Assembly: GCA_964631605.1 (NCBI GenBank)
Contig: CAZVYG010000010.1
Coordinates: forward strand, 22,353-86,352
From: an uncultured Verrucomicrobiota bacterium
Lineage (GTDB): Bacteria; Verrucomicrobiota; Verrucomicrobiia; Limisphaerales; UBA8199
Reading direction: 5' to 3'
Length of the DNA: 64,000 nucleotides
Shown piece after piece: positions 36,578 through 46,240 of the stretch. The notes beneath the pieces are model-generated. The model saw only the letters and a program-made list of their open reading frames with translations. It was not told where the DNA came from and did no database searches. Position 1 is the first letter of the stretch. Each line of letters opens with the position of its first letter. A program made the translations under genes and the position numbers.

Positions 36578-39500
36578 AACCGGCGCGGCCAATTTGTCTC
36601 CAGATCGGCCCAGGCAAAGGGCAGCCTTGCGGGATTGGTTACCAGCAGCGTCGTCCATATCCCACTCCCGAGGTTGGTGGCCGCCTCGATGGCGTAGTTC
36701 AGACCGGCATCGCCGTCCACCGTGACCAGAAATGGAAACGTGGCGGTTTCCGGCGCGCGCAGGGTGGGGGCCTGCGGGGCCCTCACTACCACCCAGAAAC
36801 TTTGAGTTGCGCTGGCGGGATTGATGGTTGCCGCACTCACTTCCAGCCACGGTGCAACATTCGAATCCCCCTCTTTGGAACCATAGTTGACCAGCCCGTC
36901 AGCGGTGGTGTTGGTGGCAAAAATCCTCAGGGAAAGTGGCTTTTGAATTTGCAGCGCTGCCTGAACACCGGCCGCCACATCCAGCAAGGTGTCGCTGCCC
37001 GCCTGGGCTGTCCAGGTGCCAAGCATCAGGTCACTGAGCGGACGGGTGTTCCACGTGAGGGATTCCTCGCTCCAGGAATCGTCGGTCACGACGGCGGCGG
37101 CATGCGTCCCCGGCAGGCTCGCCGCCACTGCGTGCAACCGCACCGTGGCCTCGGTGACCCAGCCTCCGATGCCACTCAAGTCAAAACGCAAATAGCTTTC
37201 CCGGTTGAGTCCCAGGGCGGCCAGTTTTACCGCCAGGTTCGTCTCGCTCCCGTAGTTCAGGTTCGCGGAACTCCCATCCCGCACGAATGCGTCCGCCACC
37301 GGCCGCAGCCGCGCGTGCCAGCCGTCCTCGCGCACGCTTACGGTGAACAGGTTGCTTCGCCCCGCATCTCCTGCAGCGGGGCGCCACGTCAAAATCCCCT
37401 GCTCGGCGTCGAGGGTCGCGCCCGCTGGCGCGGACAGAAGCTCGAAGCGTAGTTGTTGCGGCGGGTTATCCGGGTCCGAGGCACGGTTGGTCACCACGAG
37501 AGTGGTTCCCGCCACGGCGATTTGCGTGCCCACCGCCTCCAGCACCGGCGGACGGTTGGTGTCATACACAAAGCGCGCGGAGAGGGTTTGCCCGCGGCGT
37601 CCGCTGACGTTGACCGTGATCTGCAGGGTGGGGCTGAGCCGGGTTACGGTGATGCCCGGGTCGGCGGAAGCGAGCGTCAGGCCGGACCGGCTGAGGGTCA
37701 GGGTGAGGGTCCCGGTATTGGTTTGTGTGGGATCGGATACCGCCAGAGCCAGCTCGCGGGCCGTTTCGCGCGCCAGCACGCTGGCACGGTTATTGCAAGT
37801 GAGGTAATCCACCGTTTTATCCCCCGCATTCCAGAAATTGACCGCCAGCACATTCAGCCGTGTCTCGCGCACAGCCTGCGCCTGGGTCGAATTTTCCAGG
37901 ACGGCAATGTGGGGCTGGGTGGCATAAGCCGCCACTGCCGCGCCGTCTTGGTTGGGCAGAATCACGTAGGCATAAGTGGCGTTTGTTGGCCTGACCCCAT
38001 GATTGAGGACCAGGGAAAGGTAGTGGCGCGTGACGGGGTTGGTCACAGATGCGGTTGGCTGGGGCAGGGTGTTGATGTCATACCACCGGCCGGTGCGCGA
38101 GTAGCGCCGGGCCTCAACCGTCGCCCCGTCCGGGAAATAATAGCCGCCGGCCCCTTCGAGGGCGCACCAACGCAGGCCCGAATAATTGGAAGCCCATCCC
38201 AGGGTGGCGGGCGCGGTTGCGCCATCTGCAACAAATCCGTTCGAGCCGGCGCTGTTCAGCCGCCGGTTCTCGATGGTGGTGTGCACCTCGTTGGTTCCTC
38301 CGCACGTAATGCCGGCGCCCAGACACACAATCTCGTCGTCAAATAGAAACCAGGATTTGTTCAATACCAGCGAGCTGGAGGCATCAATCGCTTTAAAAGC
38401 CATCCCGACTGATCCGTAATTGTCCTCGAGCACCGCCCCGCCCACCCACGGCTGCGAGCTGGTCTTGCTCTGACCCCAGCCATTGGCCCGCGCAAGAGTG
38501 TCCACCGTGGTGCCGGGCAGATGATAGGGATCAATGGTGGGCCAGAAGTTATCGGTGAACTGGGTCAGGTCATCGTTGTAAAGCCAGGTCGTGCCGTCCC
38601 CGGTGTACCAGCCCTTGAGGTTTTCGGTATTGATGGATTCGTAATTGTAGATGCGGGTGGAGAACATGCTGATCCCGAACGCAAAACCCGGCCGCAAGTG
38701 CATCACCCGGTCCATGCAGGGAAACTGGAAGTGGCCGATCCGTTCGCCTCGCGATGGCACGTTGGTGTCGGCCAGCAATTGTCGGGCGGCAGCCACCAGA
38801 TGCAGCGGCACATGGCTCGTCAGCGAGGTGAGGGTGTCCGCCTCGTCCCAGTACTTGATGGCGCTTTTGAGCCGCGCGGCGTCGGATGGCGCGGCGCTTT
38901 GCGCGAGCTGCAGCATGGCGTTAATGGCGGTGCGGCCTGGGCTGTAGTCGCCCGTGCTGGATTGGCGCGCAATTTCGCGGCCGCGCACAAACGCCGGCAT
39001 CGCCCCCCGGTAAATCAAGGGCTCGTAGGAACGCCAGCACCAGGTGAGCACGTTGGTCCGTAGCGGGTCGGTCACCGTCCAGGGCGACCCCTCCAGCCAA
39101 TGCAGCAGCTTGATCGAATCGTGGAAGTGCGAGATGCCATACCCCGCCGTGTAGGGATGCTTGCCGTGCTGGATGAACGAGCCGTCGGTGTAGAAGCCGT
39201 CGCCGCTGGTCACGTGCTTGAACACGCTGTTTGCTCCCCCGCCCGCCACGTCGCTCAACCCGTCCCGTGCCGCCGCCACCTTGCCGCCGTTCTTCTCGAC
39301 CACCCCGCGCACCGCCACCACGTCGGCCTTCCAGATGCGGTTGGCCCCGGTCAGGGTCACCGCCGGGGTGAACTTGTCAATGGCCTTGCAATAGTTGGTG
39401 ATTTGGACTCCGGTCAACAGCGGATACATGAGCACCATGCAATCGTTGAGCCACATTGCCGACCCGATCTCCCAGTCCCACCAGTTGTCATACTTGGTCT

Positions 39501-39972
39501 TGGTTTCGTTGTACCGGTGGGTGTACATCCATTCCAAGCCGTCCAGAATGTCCGCCGCCAGCGCCGCGTTGCTGTACACCGGCGACCCCAGCGTGGCCCA
39601 ACCCAGCGCCATTTCCTTCAGCCGCTGGTAGGACGTGGTGATATCCTCCGACTGGTTGGTGCGCGCGGCGTCAGCCCACAGGCACGTGCGGTCATTGGTC
39701 TTGATCATCGCAGACCAGCGGCTGTTGGCGCTGTTGGCGATGGAGGTGACCCGGCTCACCACGGCTGCATCGGAAAGGTCCAGCCCCGGTCCGCCGGTCA
39801 GGAATTCATGCCACCGCAACCGCAGCCCATCGAACTCATCCGCGCGACCCGGGCTCAGGTTTGGACCCAGAAGTGTCGCGGCCAGCAGCGCCAGTGGCAG
39901 GAGCTTGGCCAACCCGCCAGCCGCAGGGCTTGCCCTGCGCCTGCCCCATGATCGTTGCAAAAGAGGGTGCAT
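36553..39972 (-). CDS. secreted polysaccharide lyase family 8-like enzyme with Ig/cadherin-like, CBM96/DNRLRE-like and C-terminal FYRV-motif domains
   Basis: Signal peptide. PL8-like core (TGANRIWKADVV..., FYTDGSFIQHGKHPYTAGYG). C-terminal PVADAFVRDGSSANLNYGSE...ESYLRFDL. Ends ...WPRRFYRVSLGP. Its 3' end overlaps deoA by 25 nt (convergent). Confidence 0.75.
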   Translation of the reverse strand: MHPLLQRSWGRRRASPAAGGLAKLLPLALLAATLLGPNLSPGRADEFDGLRLRWHEFLTGGPGLDLSDAAVVSRVTSIANSANSRWSAMIKTNDRTCLWADAARTNQSEDITTSYQRLKEMALGWATLGSPVYSNAALAADILDGLEWMYTHRYNETKTKYDNWWDWEIGSAMWLNDCMVLMYPLLTGVQITNYCKAIDKFTPAVTLTGANRIWKADVVAVRGVVEKNGGKVAAARDGLSDVAGGGANSVFKHVTSGDGFYTDGSFIQHGKHPYTAGYGISHFHDSIKLLHWLEGSPWTVTDPLRTNVLTWCWRSYEPLIYRGAMPAFVRGREIARQSSTGDYSPGRTAINAMLQLAQSAAPSDAARLKSAIKYWDEADTLTSLTSHVPLHLVAAARQLLADTNVPSRGERIGHFQFPCMDRVMHLRPGFAFGISMFSTRIYNYESINTENLKGWYTGDGTTWLYNDDLTQFTDNFWPTIDPYHLPGTTVDTLARANGWGQSKTSSQPWVGGAVLEDNYGSVGMAFKAIDASSSLVLNKSWFLFDDEIVCLGAGITCGGTNEVHTTIENRRLNSAGSNGFVADGATAPATLGWASNYSGLRWCALEGAGGYYFPDGATVEARRYSRTGRWYDINTLPQPTASVTNPVTRHYLSLVLNHGVRPTNATYAYVILPNQDGAAVAAYATQPHIAVLENSTQAQAVRETRLNVLAVNFWNAGDKTVDYLTCNNRASVLARETARELALAVSDPTQTNTGTLTLTLSRSGLTLASADPGITVTRLSPTLQITVNVSGRRGQTLSARFVYDTNRPPVLEAVGTQIAVAGTTLVVTNRASDPDNPPQQLRFELLSAPAGATLDAEQGILTWRPAAGDAGRSNLFTVSVREDGWHARLRPVADAFVRDGSSANLNYGSETNLAVKLAALGLNRESYLRFDLSGIGGWVTEATVRLHAVAASLPGTHAAAVVTDDSWSEESLTWNTRPLSDLMLGTWTAQAGSDTLLDVAAGVQAALQIQKPLSLRIFATNTTADGLVNYGSKEGDSNVAPWLEVSAATINPASATQSFWVVVRAPQAPTLRAPETATFPFLVTVDGDAGLNYAIEAATNLGSGIWTTLLVTNPARLPFAWADLETNWPRRFYRVSLGP

Positions 39973-39996
39973 CAGACGTTGCTATTGTCACTCTGC

Positions 39997-40081
39997 TGGT
40001 GGGCGCGACAGGGGTCGAACCTGCAAGGATTGCTCCAAAGGATCCTAAGTCCTTCGCGTCTGCCAATTCCGCCACGCGCCC
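39997..40081 (-). tRNA. tRNA-Leu (anticodon TAG), long variable arm, CCA encoded
   Basis: Reverse complement GGGCGCGTGGCGGAATTGGCAGACGCGAAGGACTTAGGATCCTTTGGAGCAATCCTTGCAGGTTCGACCCCTGTCGCGCCCACCA. 7-bp acceptor stem, anticodon stem AAGGA/TCCTT with loop CTTAGGA, T-loop GGTTCGA. Confidence 0.9.
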
Positions 40082-40183
40082 AGCCGGCGGGGATCGTTAC
40101 AATGCCAAGGCTCTTTTACCATTAAATGGTCCGGAGTGAAGCTTAATCTGTCCCGGCCCGGCCTCCGGGGCGCGGTCGAGCGT

Positions 40184-40537
40184 CTATTGGCTTCGGACGG
40201 GGGTGGTGGGCATCACCGGAACGATCTTGTGCGTCACCGAGTTGCTGGCCGTCCCGGTTGAGATTTTCGTCCACAGCACCGTCCGATTGGTGTCCGGCAG
40301 AAAATAGAAACCGGCCTTGAGCGGGAGGACGGAAAACTTGTTGGTGCTGCCCGACTCAGGTGCTTTGGGAGTCGCCGGGGCGGCCTTGCCGGGCTGAGCG
40401 GAGCCGCCATAGCCGGGGCCGGGGCTGCCGCCATAACGGGGTCTTTGGTTGCCACCGTAACCGGTTTGGGCGGCGGTGGGGAAAAGACAGGTCAGAACCA
40501 CGGCCGAGGCCAGAGCAACAATGCCAGAGGACTTCAT
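40184..40537 (-). CDS. small secreted protein with Gly/Pro-rich YGG repeats
   Basis: ATG at 40537; signal peptide MKSSGIVALASAVVLTCLFPTAAQ; TGYGGNQRPRYGGSPGPGYGGS. Confidence 0.55.
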   Translation of the reverse strand: MKSSGIVALASAVVLTCLFPTAAQTGYGGNQRPRYGGSPGPGYGGSAQPGKAAPATPKAPESGSTNKFSVLPLKAGFYFLPDTNRTVLWTKISTGTASNSVTHKIVPVMPTTPVRSQ

Positions 40538-40578
40538 GTACAACATCCTAATCCCGGGGGCCGGCGGCGGCAAGAGCC

Positions 40579-41898
40579 CTAATACTCAGGCATGCGTTGG
40601 AAACGAATTCGCCGGACATAACCCCAGTCGCTTTCACAAACGATGATGTTGCCCGCCGCGTCCATGGTCACGCTGCGCCCCTCGCTGATTTTGGGCTCGG
40701 GAGAATAAAAATACTGGCCATCTCCCGCATGGAGGTTGCCGCCCCAGCCATTCAAGAGGAGGTGGACGATCCCGCCAGTATCGAGATACCACAGTTGGCA
40801 GCCGTCATGAGTCAAAAGCAGGTAACCGCCGGTGGGGACGGGGTAAATGCTCCGGACGCCGTTCAGGCCCGTGGCCAGCGCCAGTTGTCCGTCTCCGCCG
40901 CCGGCTGTTGTCCCGTTGCCAGCCAGAAGGGTTTTCGCGCCGGCCGGGCTGACGCGATACACGTAATGCGCCCCCCGGTCGCAGACGAGGATGTCTCCAT
41001 TGCTTTCGACATACAGGGTGCCCAGCTCGACGAACCCGGAGGCGACGGTTTGCAAGCCACCGGCCGGTGTCCACTTTCGCAGCCGGGTTTTCGCGCAAAA
41101 ATAGCCCAGCGATTCGTCCTCCCTGACCCACAGTCCGCGTCCGCCTTCCAAGGGACCGGTCGCGGTGGCCAGAAAAAGGGTCGTCATGATGCCGTTGGTG
41201 TGGACGCGGCGCACCCGCCCGTTCTCGGTGTCCAGGACATACACAGTGCCGTCGGCGCGCGTCCACAGGCCGTTGGGAAAATTGAGTTGCAAAGTCGTGG
41301 CCGGCGCCGGCCCCTCGCCGTTAAAACCCCCCACGTGCGTGCCCGCATGGGTATGAATCGTGCCTTCGGGCGTCACCCGAAGAATCGAATGGCTGTTTTT
41401 GTCCGCGATGTAGATGTTTCCGGCGCGGTCCGCCATGGCAAAATGGGGTCGAGACAGGGCCGCCCATGCGGCCGAGCCTCCTTCATACCAGGGCTGCCAG
41501 TAGCTCACGCCGTCAGTCTGACCCGCGCCAATGCCGGCGACCGTTTCCAGCAGCCCATACGCTCTCACGAGGTTAGTGAATCCCTGCAATGTGGCCGGCA
41601 CCGGCACGGCCCGGACCCGGTAAAACCGGGTGCCTTCCGCCGATGCTGCCGCCGCGCTTCCGCTGGCGTTGGTCGAAAAAACGTTTTGGAGGGAAGTCCA
41701 GGGCCCTTGGACCGCGCTGGCGCCTTCCACAGTGCAGATTCCCGGCACAGGCGCGTTCGTCCAGACCAGGCGTCCGTCCCGTCCGTAATAGGTCACCCGC
41801 AAATCAGAGGCCGCCGGTGCCAGACAGGCAACCGTCTCCAGCACGGCGGCCAGCGCGGCGGCCCGCCAGAACCTGCTTAACAGGACCTTCGGTTCCAT
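40579..41898 (-). CDS. secreted NHL/beta-propeller repeat protein with an N-terminal FYRV-motif domain
   Basis: Signal-like N-terminus; ...GTRFYRVRAV; repeated G-x-I-Y-I/V-A/L-D-type blades (GNIYIADKNSH, GTVYVLDTENG, GDILVCDRGAH, GNIIVCESDWG). Confidence 0.7.
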   Translation of the reverse strand: MEPKVLLSRFWRAAALAAVLETVACLAPAASDLRVTYYGRDGRLVWTNAPVPGICTVEGASAVQGPWTSLQNVFSTNASGSAAAASAEGTRFYRVRAVPVPATLQGFTNLVRAYGLLETVAGIGAGQTDGVSYWQPWYEGGSAAWAALSRPHFAMADRAGNIYIADKNSHSILRVTPEGTIHTHAGTHVGGFNGEGPAPATTLQLNFPNGLWTRADGTVYVLDTENGRVRRVHTNGIMTTLFLATATGPLEGGRGLWVREDESLGYFCAKTRLRKWTPAGGLQTVASGFVELGTLYVESNGDILVCDRGAHYVYRVSPAGAKTLLAGNGTTAGGGDGQLALATGLNGVRSIYPVPTGGYLLLTHDGCQLWYLDTGGIVHLLLNGWGGNLHAGDGQYFYSPEPKISEGRSVTMDAAGNIIVCESDWGYVRRIRFQRMPEY

Positions 41899-42174
41899 GA
41901 GAGTTGAATGTAACGATTGATGACAGAGTATTACAAGCCTGGGTCTGCCCTCGCCGCGGCGGCGCCTGCGGTCTCAAAACCGGCACCGGTGTCCGCCGCT
42001 TCCGTCATCCTCCCCTCTGCAGGGGGCAACCGAGGGATCATCCGCGCCGGCCTTGGCCGCGGGTGGACTGGCCTTTGCTTTGCTCGCGCGCGGGGCAACG
42101 GGGCTGCGCCGCGCAAAGGGCTGGACACGGCCGTTGCGGCAGGCTATCCACCGTAGCCGATATCAACAAGCATT

Positions 42175-42480
42175 ATGGCTGTAATTGTGCAATTCGATTT
42201 TCCGTTTCCGGGCCCATTCGGAGCCGATATGGAGAGCGGTCTCAAAGACCTGGCCTTGTCCATCACGCAGGAGCCGGGTTTCCTTTGGAAAATTTGGACG
42301 GAAAACTCCAGAGATCAGGAGGCAGGTGGCATTTACCTGTTCAGGGATCGGCCTTCCGCCGAGGCCTACGTGGCCAAGCACACCGCGCGCCTGGCGCGGT
42401 TCGGTGTCCAAAACGCCCGAGCCAAAGTTTTTGAAATCAATGCCGGCCTCACTCGAATCACCCATGGTCCGTGTGCGTGA
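42175..42480 (+). CDS. ydhR: YdhR-family putative monooxygenase (dimeric alpha-beta barrel)
   Basis: 101 aa. FDFPFPGPFG...QEPGFLWKIWTEN...EAGGIYLF...AYVAKHTARL closely parallels E. coli YdhR as recalled. Confidence 0.8.
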   Translation: MAVIVQFDFPFPGPFGADMESGLKDLALSITQEPGFLWKIWTENSRDQEAGGIYLFRDRPSAEAYVAKHTARLARFGVQNARAKVFEINAGLTRITHGPCA

Positions 42481-45169
42481 ACGTCGGCCCGGGCACGGGC
42501 CGGTCTGGCGGTTGGTTTCTTTGGCGGCCGGCCTGGTCTCCATTGCGGCGAGCCTCGCCGTCGGCACGGCTGGCGAGTCGGTCGAGTGTGTTAAAAGCGC
42601 AACTTTCTTTGCCGCGCCGGATTCCCCCGATTACCGCAAATATGCGCCCGACCGGGATGTTCTGGTGACGCACCTGGCGCTGGACGTGACGCCGGATTTC
42701 AAGCAGCGAACGGTTCAGGGGCGCGCCACGCTCCATCTTCAGGCCAACGCCCGCCCGGTGCGCGAGGTGCGGTTGGATGCCGTGGACCTGCGGGTGCAAT
42801 CGGTCGAAGCGACGCATCCGGTCGAGGCTTTCCAAGTCACCGACAAAGCCCTGATCATCACCTTCACCCGCGACTTGCCCCCGGGCGGGCGGACCACCCT
42901 CACCGTCGCTTATGAGGCCGAACCCCGACAAGGACTTTACTTTCGCACGCCGGAGATGGGTTACAAACCGGGCGACACTCACTTGTTCACGCAGGGGGAG
43001 GAGATGGAAGCCCGGCATTGGTATCCCTGCCTCGATTTTCCCAACCAGTTCTTCACCTCGGAAGTCATTTGCCGGGTGCCGGAAGGCATGACGGTTGTCT
43101 CGAACGGCCGGCTGGTGAGCCAGGCTCCCGATGCCAACGGGCGGGTGGCGTTCGATTGGCGGCAGGAAAAACCGCACGTGAGTTACCTGGTAACCCTGGT
43201 TGCCGGCTACTTCAAAAAGTTGGAGGACCGGCACGGGGCGGTCCCACTGGCGTTTTACACCCCGCCCTCGGAGTTTGAGCAGGCGGCCAGTTCCTTTCGC
43301 GGCACCCGCGAAATGATGGCGTTTTTTGAGGAGGAAATCGGCGTGCCGTATCCCTGGGCCAAGTATGATCAGGTGGTCGTCAACGATTTTGTCGCCGGCG
43401 GGATGGAAAACACCAGCGCCACCACGCTGACCGACCGCACCCTGTTCACCGAAGCGACCGAGAACATCCGGAACAGCGAAGGGTTGGTGGCCCACGAGCT
43501 CGCTCATCAGTGGTTTGGCAACCTGGTCACCTGCAAGGATTGGAGCCAGATCTGGCTGAACGAGGGATTCGCCACCTATTATGAGTCGCTGTGGACCGGC
43601 TTTCGCCAGGGCCGCGCCGCGATGCTCTATGAGTTGTATCACCGCGCCCGGCAGCTCGCCGGTCGTTCCACCGAAACCACACCCATCGTTCGCCGCACGT
43701 TCTCCGATCCGGGTGAAATGTTCAACCATTTGGCCTATGACAAAGGCAGTTGGGTGCTGCACATGCTGCGGGCGCAGCTTGGGGAGGAGCTTTTCCGTCG
43801 CGGCATTCGCGCCTACCTCGAACGACACGCGCACGGCAACGTGGTCACGGACGACCTGCGCCGCGTGTTCGAGGAAGTTTCCGGCAAAACGCTGGACCCG
43901 TTTTTTGACCAGTGGGTTGATCACGGCGGATTGCCCAGTTTGGAGGTCTCCTGGAGTTGGGACCAGCAGCGGCGGCTGGCCCAGCTTAACATCAAGCAGA
44001 CTCAGCCCGTCAATGACCAGGTCCTGCTCTTCTCGTTTCCGCTTCCGGTCCGCTTCAAGGGCAGGTTTGGCGTCGTCGAGCAAACGGTCCGGATCAAGAG
44101 TCGCCAGGAGGATTTTTACTTCCCGCTCGAGTCGGCCCCGGACATCGTGCGACTGGATCCCGATTACACGCTGCTGGCGCGCATCCGCTTTCCCGTTTCG
44201 CGAGCCATGCTGCAGGCCCAGTTGAAAGACTCGGAGGATGTCATCGGCCGGCTGCTGGCGGTCGAGGAATTGGGGCGCCACCGCGACAAGGACGCCATTG
44301 CGAAACTCAAGGAAACCCTGAATGCGGATGAGTTTTATGGTGTGCGGATCGAGGCGGCGCGCGCCTTGCGAGGCATTCATTCCGACGAAGCGCTGAGCGC
44401 CCTGCTGGCGTCCAGAAATCAGCCTGACGCCCGCGTCCGGCGGCAGGTGGTCGAGGAAGTGGGGCGTTTTTACCACCCGCAGGCGCTCGAGGCGGCGCGG
44501 GAGATCGCGCGCGCGGAGCGAAACCCGGCGATCCGGGCGGAAGCCATCAAGGCCCTGGGCGCCTACGGGGAGGCGGAGGTGAGGAATACTCTGCTGGAAT
44601 TCTTAAACTCGGAATCCTACCGGAATGAATTGGCCGAGGCGGCGCTCGAGGGGATCCGCGCCAATGATGACCCGTTCTTCATCGGATTGCTGTTGGAAAT
44701 CCTTGCGCGGCGCGAAGGGGATTTCACCACGCGCGGCTTGGCGCAGGGTATTGAGACCCTGGCGTGGGTGGCCCGCAATGAACCCCAGAAGGATACCGTG
44801 CGCGAGTTCATCCTTCGCCACGTCAACAGCCCCAAACAACGGCTGCAGCTCGCCAGCCTCAAGGCCCTCGGCACCCTCGGTGACTGGAAAGCGATGCCCG
44901 TGCTCGAGCGCTTCGCCAGCGCCGCCGAGGACAGCCCGGAGCGCCAGGCCGCCGAATCCGCCCTCCGCACCCTGCGCGCCGAGCGCAAGCCGGCTGACGA
45001 GTTCCGGTCCCTGCGTCAGGAAGTGTTGGAGCTGCAGAAAGCCAACCGCGAGGCGAACCAGACCCTGGAGTCGCTCAGGAAACAGGTCCAGGCAATCAGC
45101 GCCCGAACCCCCAAGCCCGGCCGACACCCCCCCGCAACCATCCGCAGTCCCAAAGAGAGCGAACCTTGA
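42464..45169 (+). CDS. M1-family aminopeptidase (aminopeptidase N-like) with C-terminal HEAT repeats and a coiled coil
   Basis: GGMENTSA exopeptidase motif; HELAHQWFGN...WLNEGFATY zinc site; C-terminal HEAT-like repeats (NPAIRAEAIKALG...). Start is uncertain (ATG at 42464 overlaps ydhR by 17 nt). Confidence 0.85.
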   Translation: MVRVRERRPGHGPVWRLVSLAAGLVSIAASLAVGTAGESVECVKSATFFAAPDSPDYRKYAPDRDVLVTHLALDVTPDFKQRTVQGRATLHLQANARPVREVRLDAVDLRVQSVEATHPVEAFQVTDKALIITFTRDLPPGGRTTLTVAYEAEPRQGLYFRTPEMGYKPGDTHLFTQGEEMEARHWYPCLDFPNQFFTSEVICRVPEGMTVVSNGRLVSQAPDANGRVAFDWRQEKPHVSYLVTLVAGYFKKLEDRHGAVPLAFYTPPSEFEQAASSFRGTREMMAFFEEEIGVPYPWAKYDQVVVNDFVAGGMENTSATTLTDRTLFTEATENIRNSEGLVAHELAHQWFGNLVTCKDWSQIWLNEGFATYYESLWTGFRQGRAAMLYELYHRARQLAGRSTETTPIVRRTFSDPGEMFNHLAYDKGSWVLHMLRAQLGEELFRRGIRAYLERHAHGNVVTDDLRRVFEEVSGKTLDPFFDQWVDHGGLPSLEVSWSWDQQRRLAQLNIKQTQPVNDQVLLFSFPLPVRFKGRFGVVEQTVRIKSRQEDFYFPLESAPDIVRLDPDYTLLARIRFPVSRAMLQAQLKDSEDVIGRLLAVEELGRHRDKDAIAKLKETLNADEFYGVRIEAARALRGIHSDEALSALLASRNQPDARVRRQVVEEVGRFYHPQALEAAREIARAERNPAIRAEAIKALGAYGEAEVRNTLLEFLNSESYRNELAEAALEGIRANDDPFFIGLLLEILARREGDFTTRGLAQGIETLAWVARNEPQKDTVREFILRHVNSPKQRLQLASLKALGTLGDWKAMPVLERFASAAEDSPERQAAESALRTLRAERKPADEFRSLRQEVLELQKANREANQTLESLRKQVQAISARTPKPGRHPPATIRSPKESEP

Positions 45170-45274
45170 ACCCTGCGAAGCCTCGCCGGGAGCATGCCCC
45201 GGAGAGTGGCGAAGTCCGGTCCGGGATCCTCGCGCGAAAATTAACTTTGAACTTGGGACCCTCGACTTTAGCTT

Positions 45275-46240
45275 TTGCGCGTGAATAACGACCTGCCGAG
45301 CGTAACGGTGGTGATCGCCGCCCGGCCGGGCCAGGCTCAAATTCAGGCGGTCGAGGCCGCCCGCGCGCTGGATTATCCGTTCGACAAGCTCGAGATCCTC
45401 GTCGCTCGCGGGCGTCAACCTTCCGCTCAAAGAAACGCCGCGCTGCGCGCCGCGCGCGGCGACCTCATCTACTTCCTGGATGATGATTCGGTTCCCAACC
45501 GCGACAATTTGCTGCGGGCTGCCGCTCATTTTCGCGACCCCAAGGTTCAGATGGCCGGCGGCCCCAGCCTCTGTCCGCCCGCCGCGCCCGGTCTCGAGCA
45601 AGTGTTCGCGCTGGTCCTGTCCAGTTGGCTGGCGTTCGGTCCCAGCCGGGCCCGCTACGCGAAAGTGGGCCGTCTGCGTCCTTCCAGCGAAAAGGAGCTG
45701 ATCCTCTGCAACCTCGCCGCCCGCCGCCAGCCGCTGCTGGATTTGGGGGGCTTCAACGAGGCCCTCTATCCCAACGAAGAAAACGCGCTCATGGACGAAT
45801 TGCAGAAGCGCGGCGGCGTCCTCCTTTATGACCCTGAGATCAGCGTCTATCGCCGGCCCCGGTCGAGCCTCAAGGCCTTCGCCAAAATGCTGCTGACCTA
45901 CGGACGCGGACGGGCGGAACAGTTCCGACTGCATCCAACGCCTGGCTCTGTTCTCAATTTCGTGCCTCCGTTGTTCTGCCTCTACCTGGTGATTGCGCCT
46001 TTGCTGGGCGTTTATGGTCTGGTTCCGCTGGTGTTCTACCTTCTGGCGGTCGCAGGGCAGGGGATGGCGCTGGTCCCTGCCGGTGGCTGGGTCCGGTCGC
46101 TTGCGGCCATGCCATTGGTGGTGCTGACTCATCTGCTTTACGGTTTGGGCTTTTGGCGCGGCTTGTTCACTTCCCTGGTTCCCGCCGGCCAGCGGCGCAA
46201 CGTCGAAGTCTTGCTCGAATCCATACGCCGGACGCCATGA
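45275..46240 (+). CDS. family 2 glycosyltransferase with C-terminal TM helices
   Basis: SVTVVIAARPGQ..., QRNAALRAARGDLIYFLDDDS (DxD), hydrophobic C-terminus. Start is TTG at 45275 or GTG at 45281. Confidence 0.75.
   Translation: MRVNNDLPSVTVVIAARPGQAQIQAVEAARALDYPFDKLEILVARGRQPSAQRNAALRAARGDLIYFLDDDSVPNRDNLLRAAAHFRDPKVQMAGGPSLCPPAAPGLEQVFALVLSSWLAFGPSRARYAKVGRLRPSSEKELILCNLAARRQPLLDLGGFNEALYPNEENALMDELQKRGGVLLYDPEISVYRRPRSSLKAFAKMLLTYGRGRAEQFRLHPTPGSVLNFVPPLFCLYLVIAPLLGVYGLVPLVFYLLAVAGQGMALVPAGGWVRSLAAMPLVVLTHLLYGLGFWRGLFTSLVPAGQRRNVEVLLESIRRTP

Noticed and set aside
39997-41898. Genomic island or integrated element at tRNA-Leu (tRNA followed by two secreted hypothetical proteins).
   Set aside because: No integrase, recombinase or phage genes are present. 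I saw no direct repeat of the tRNA 3' end by eye, and the neighbouring genes share the lineage-typical FYRV module and normal GC content.
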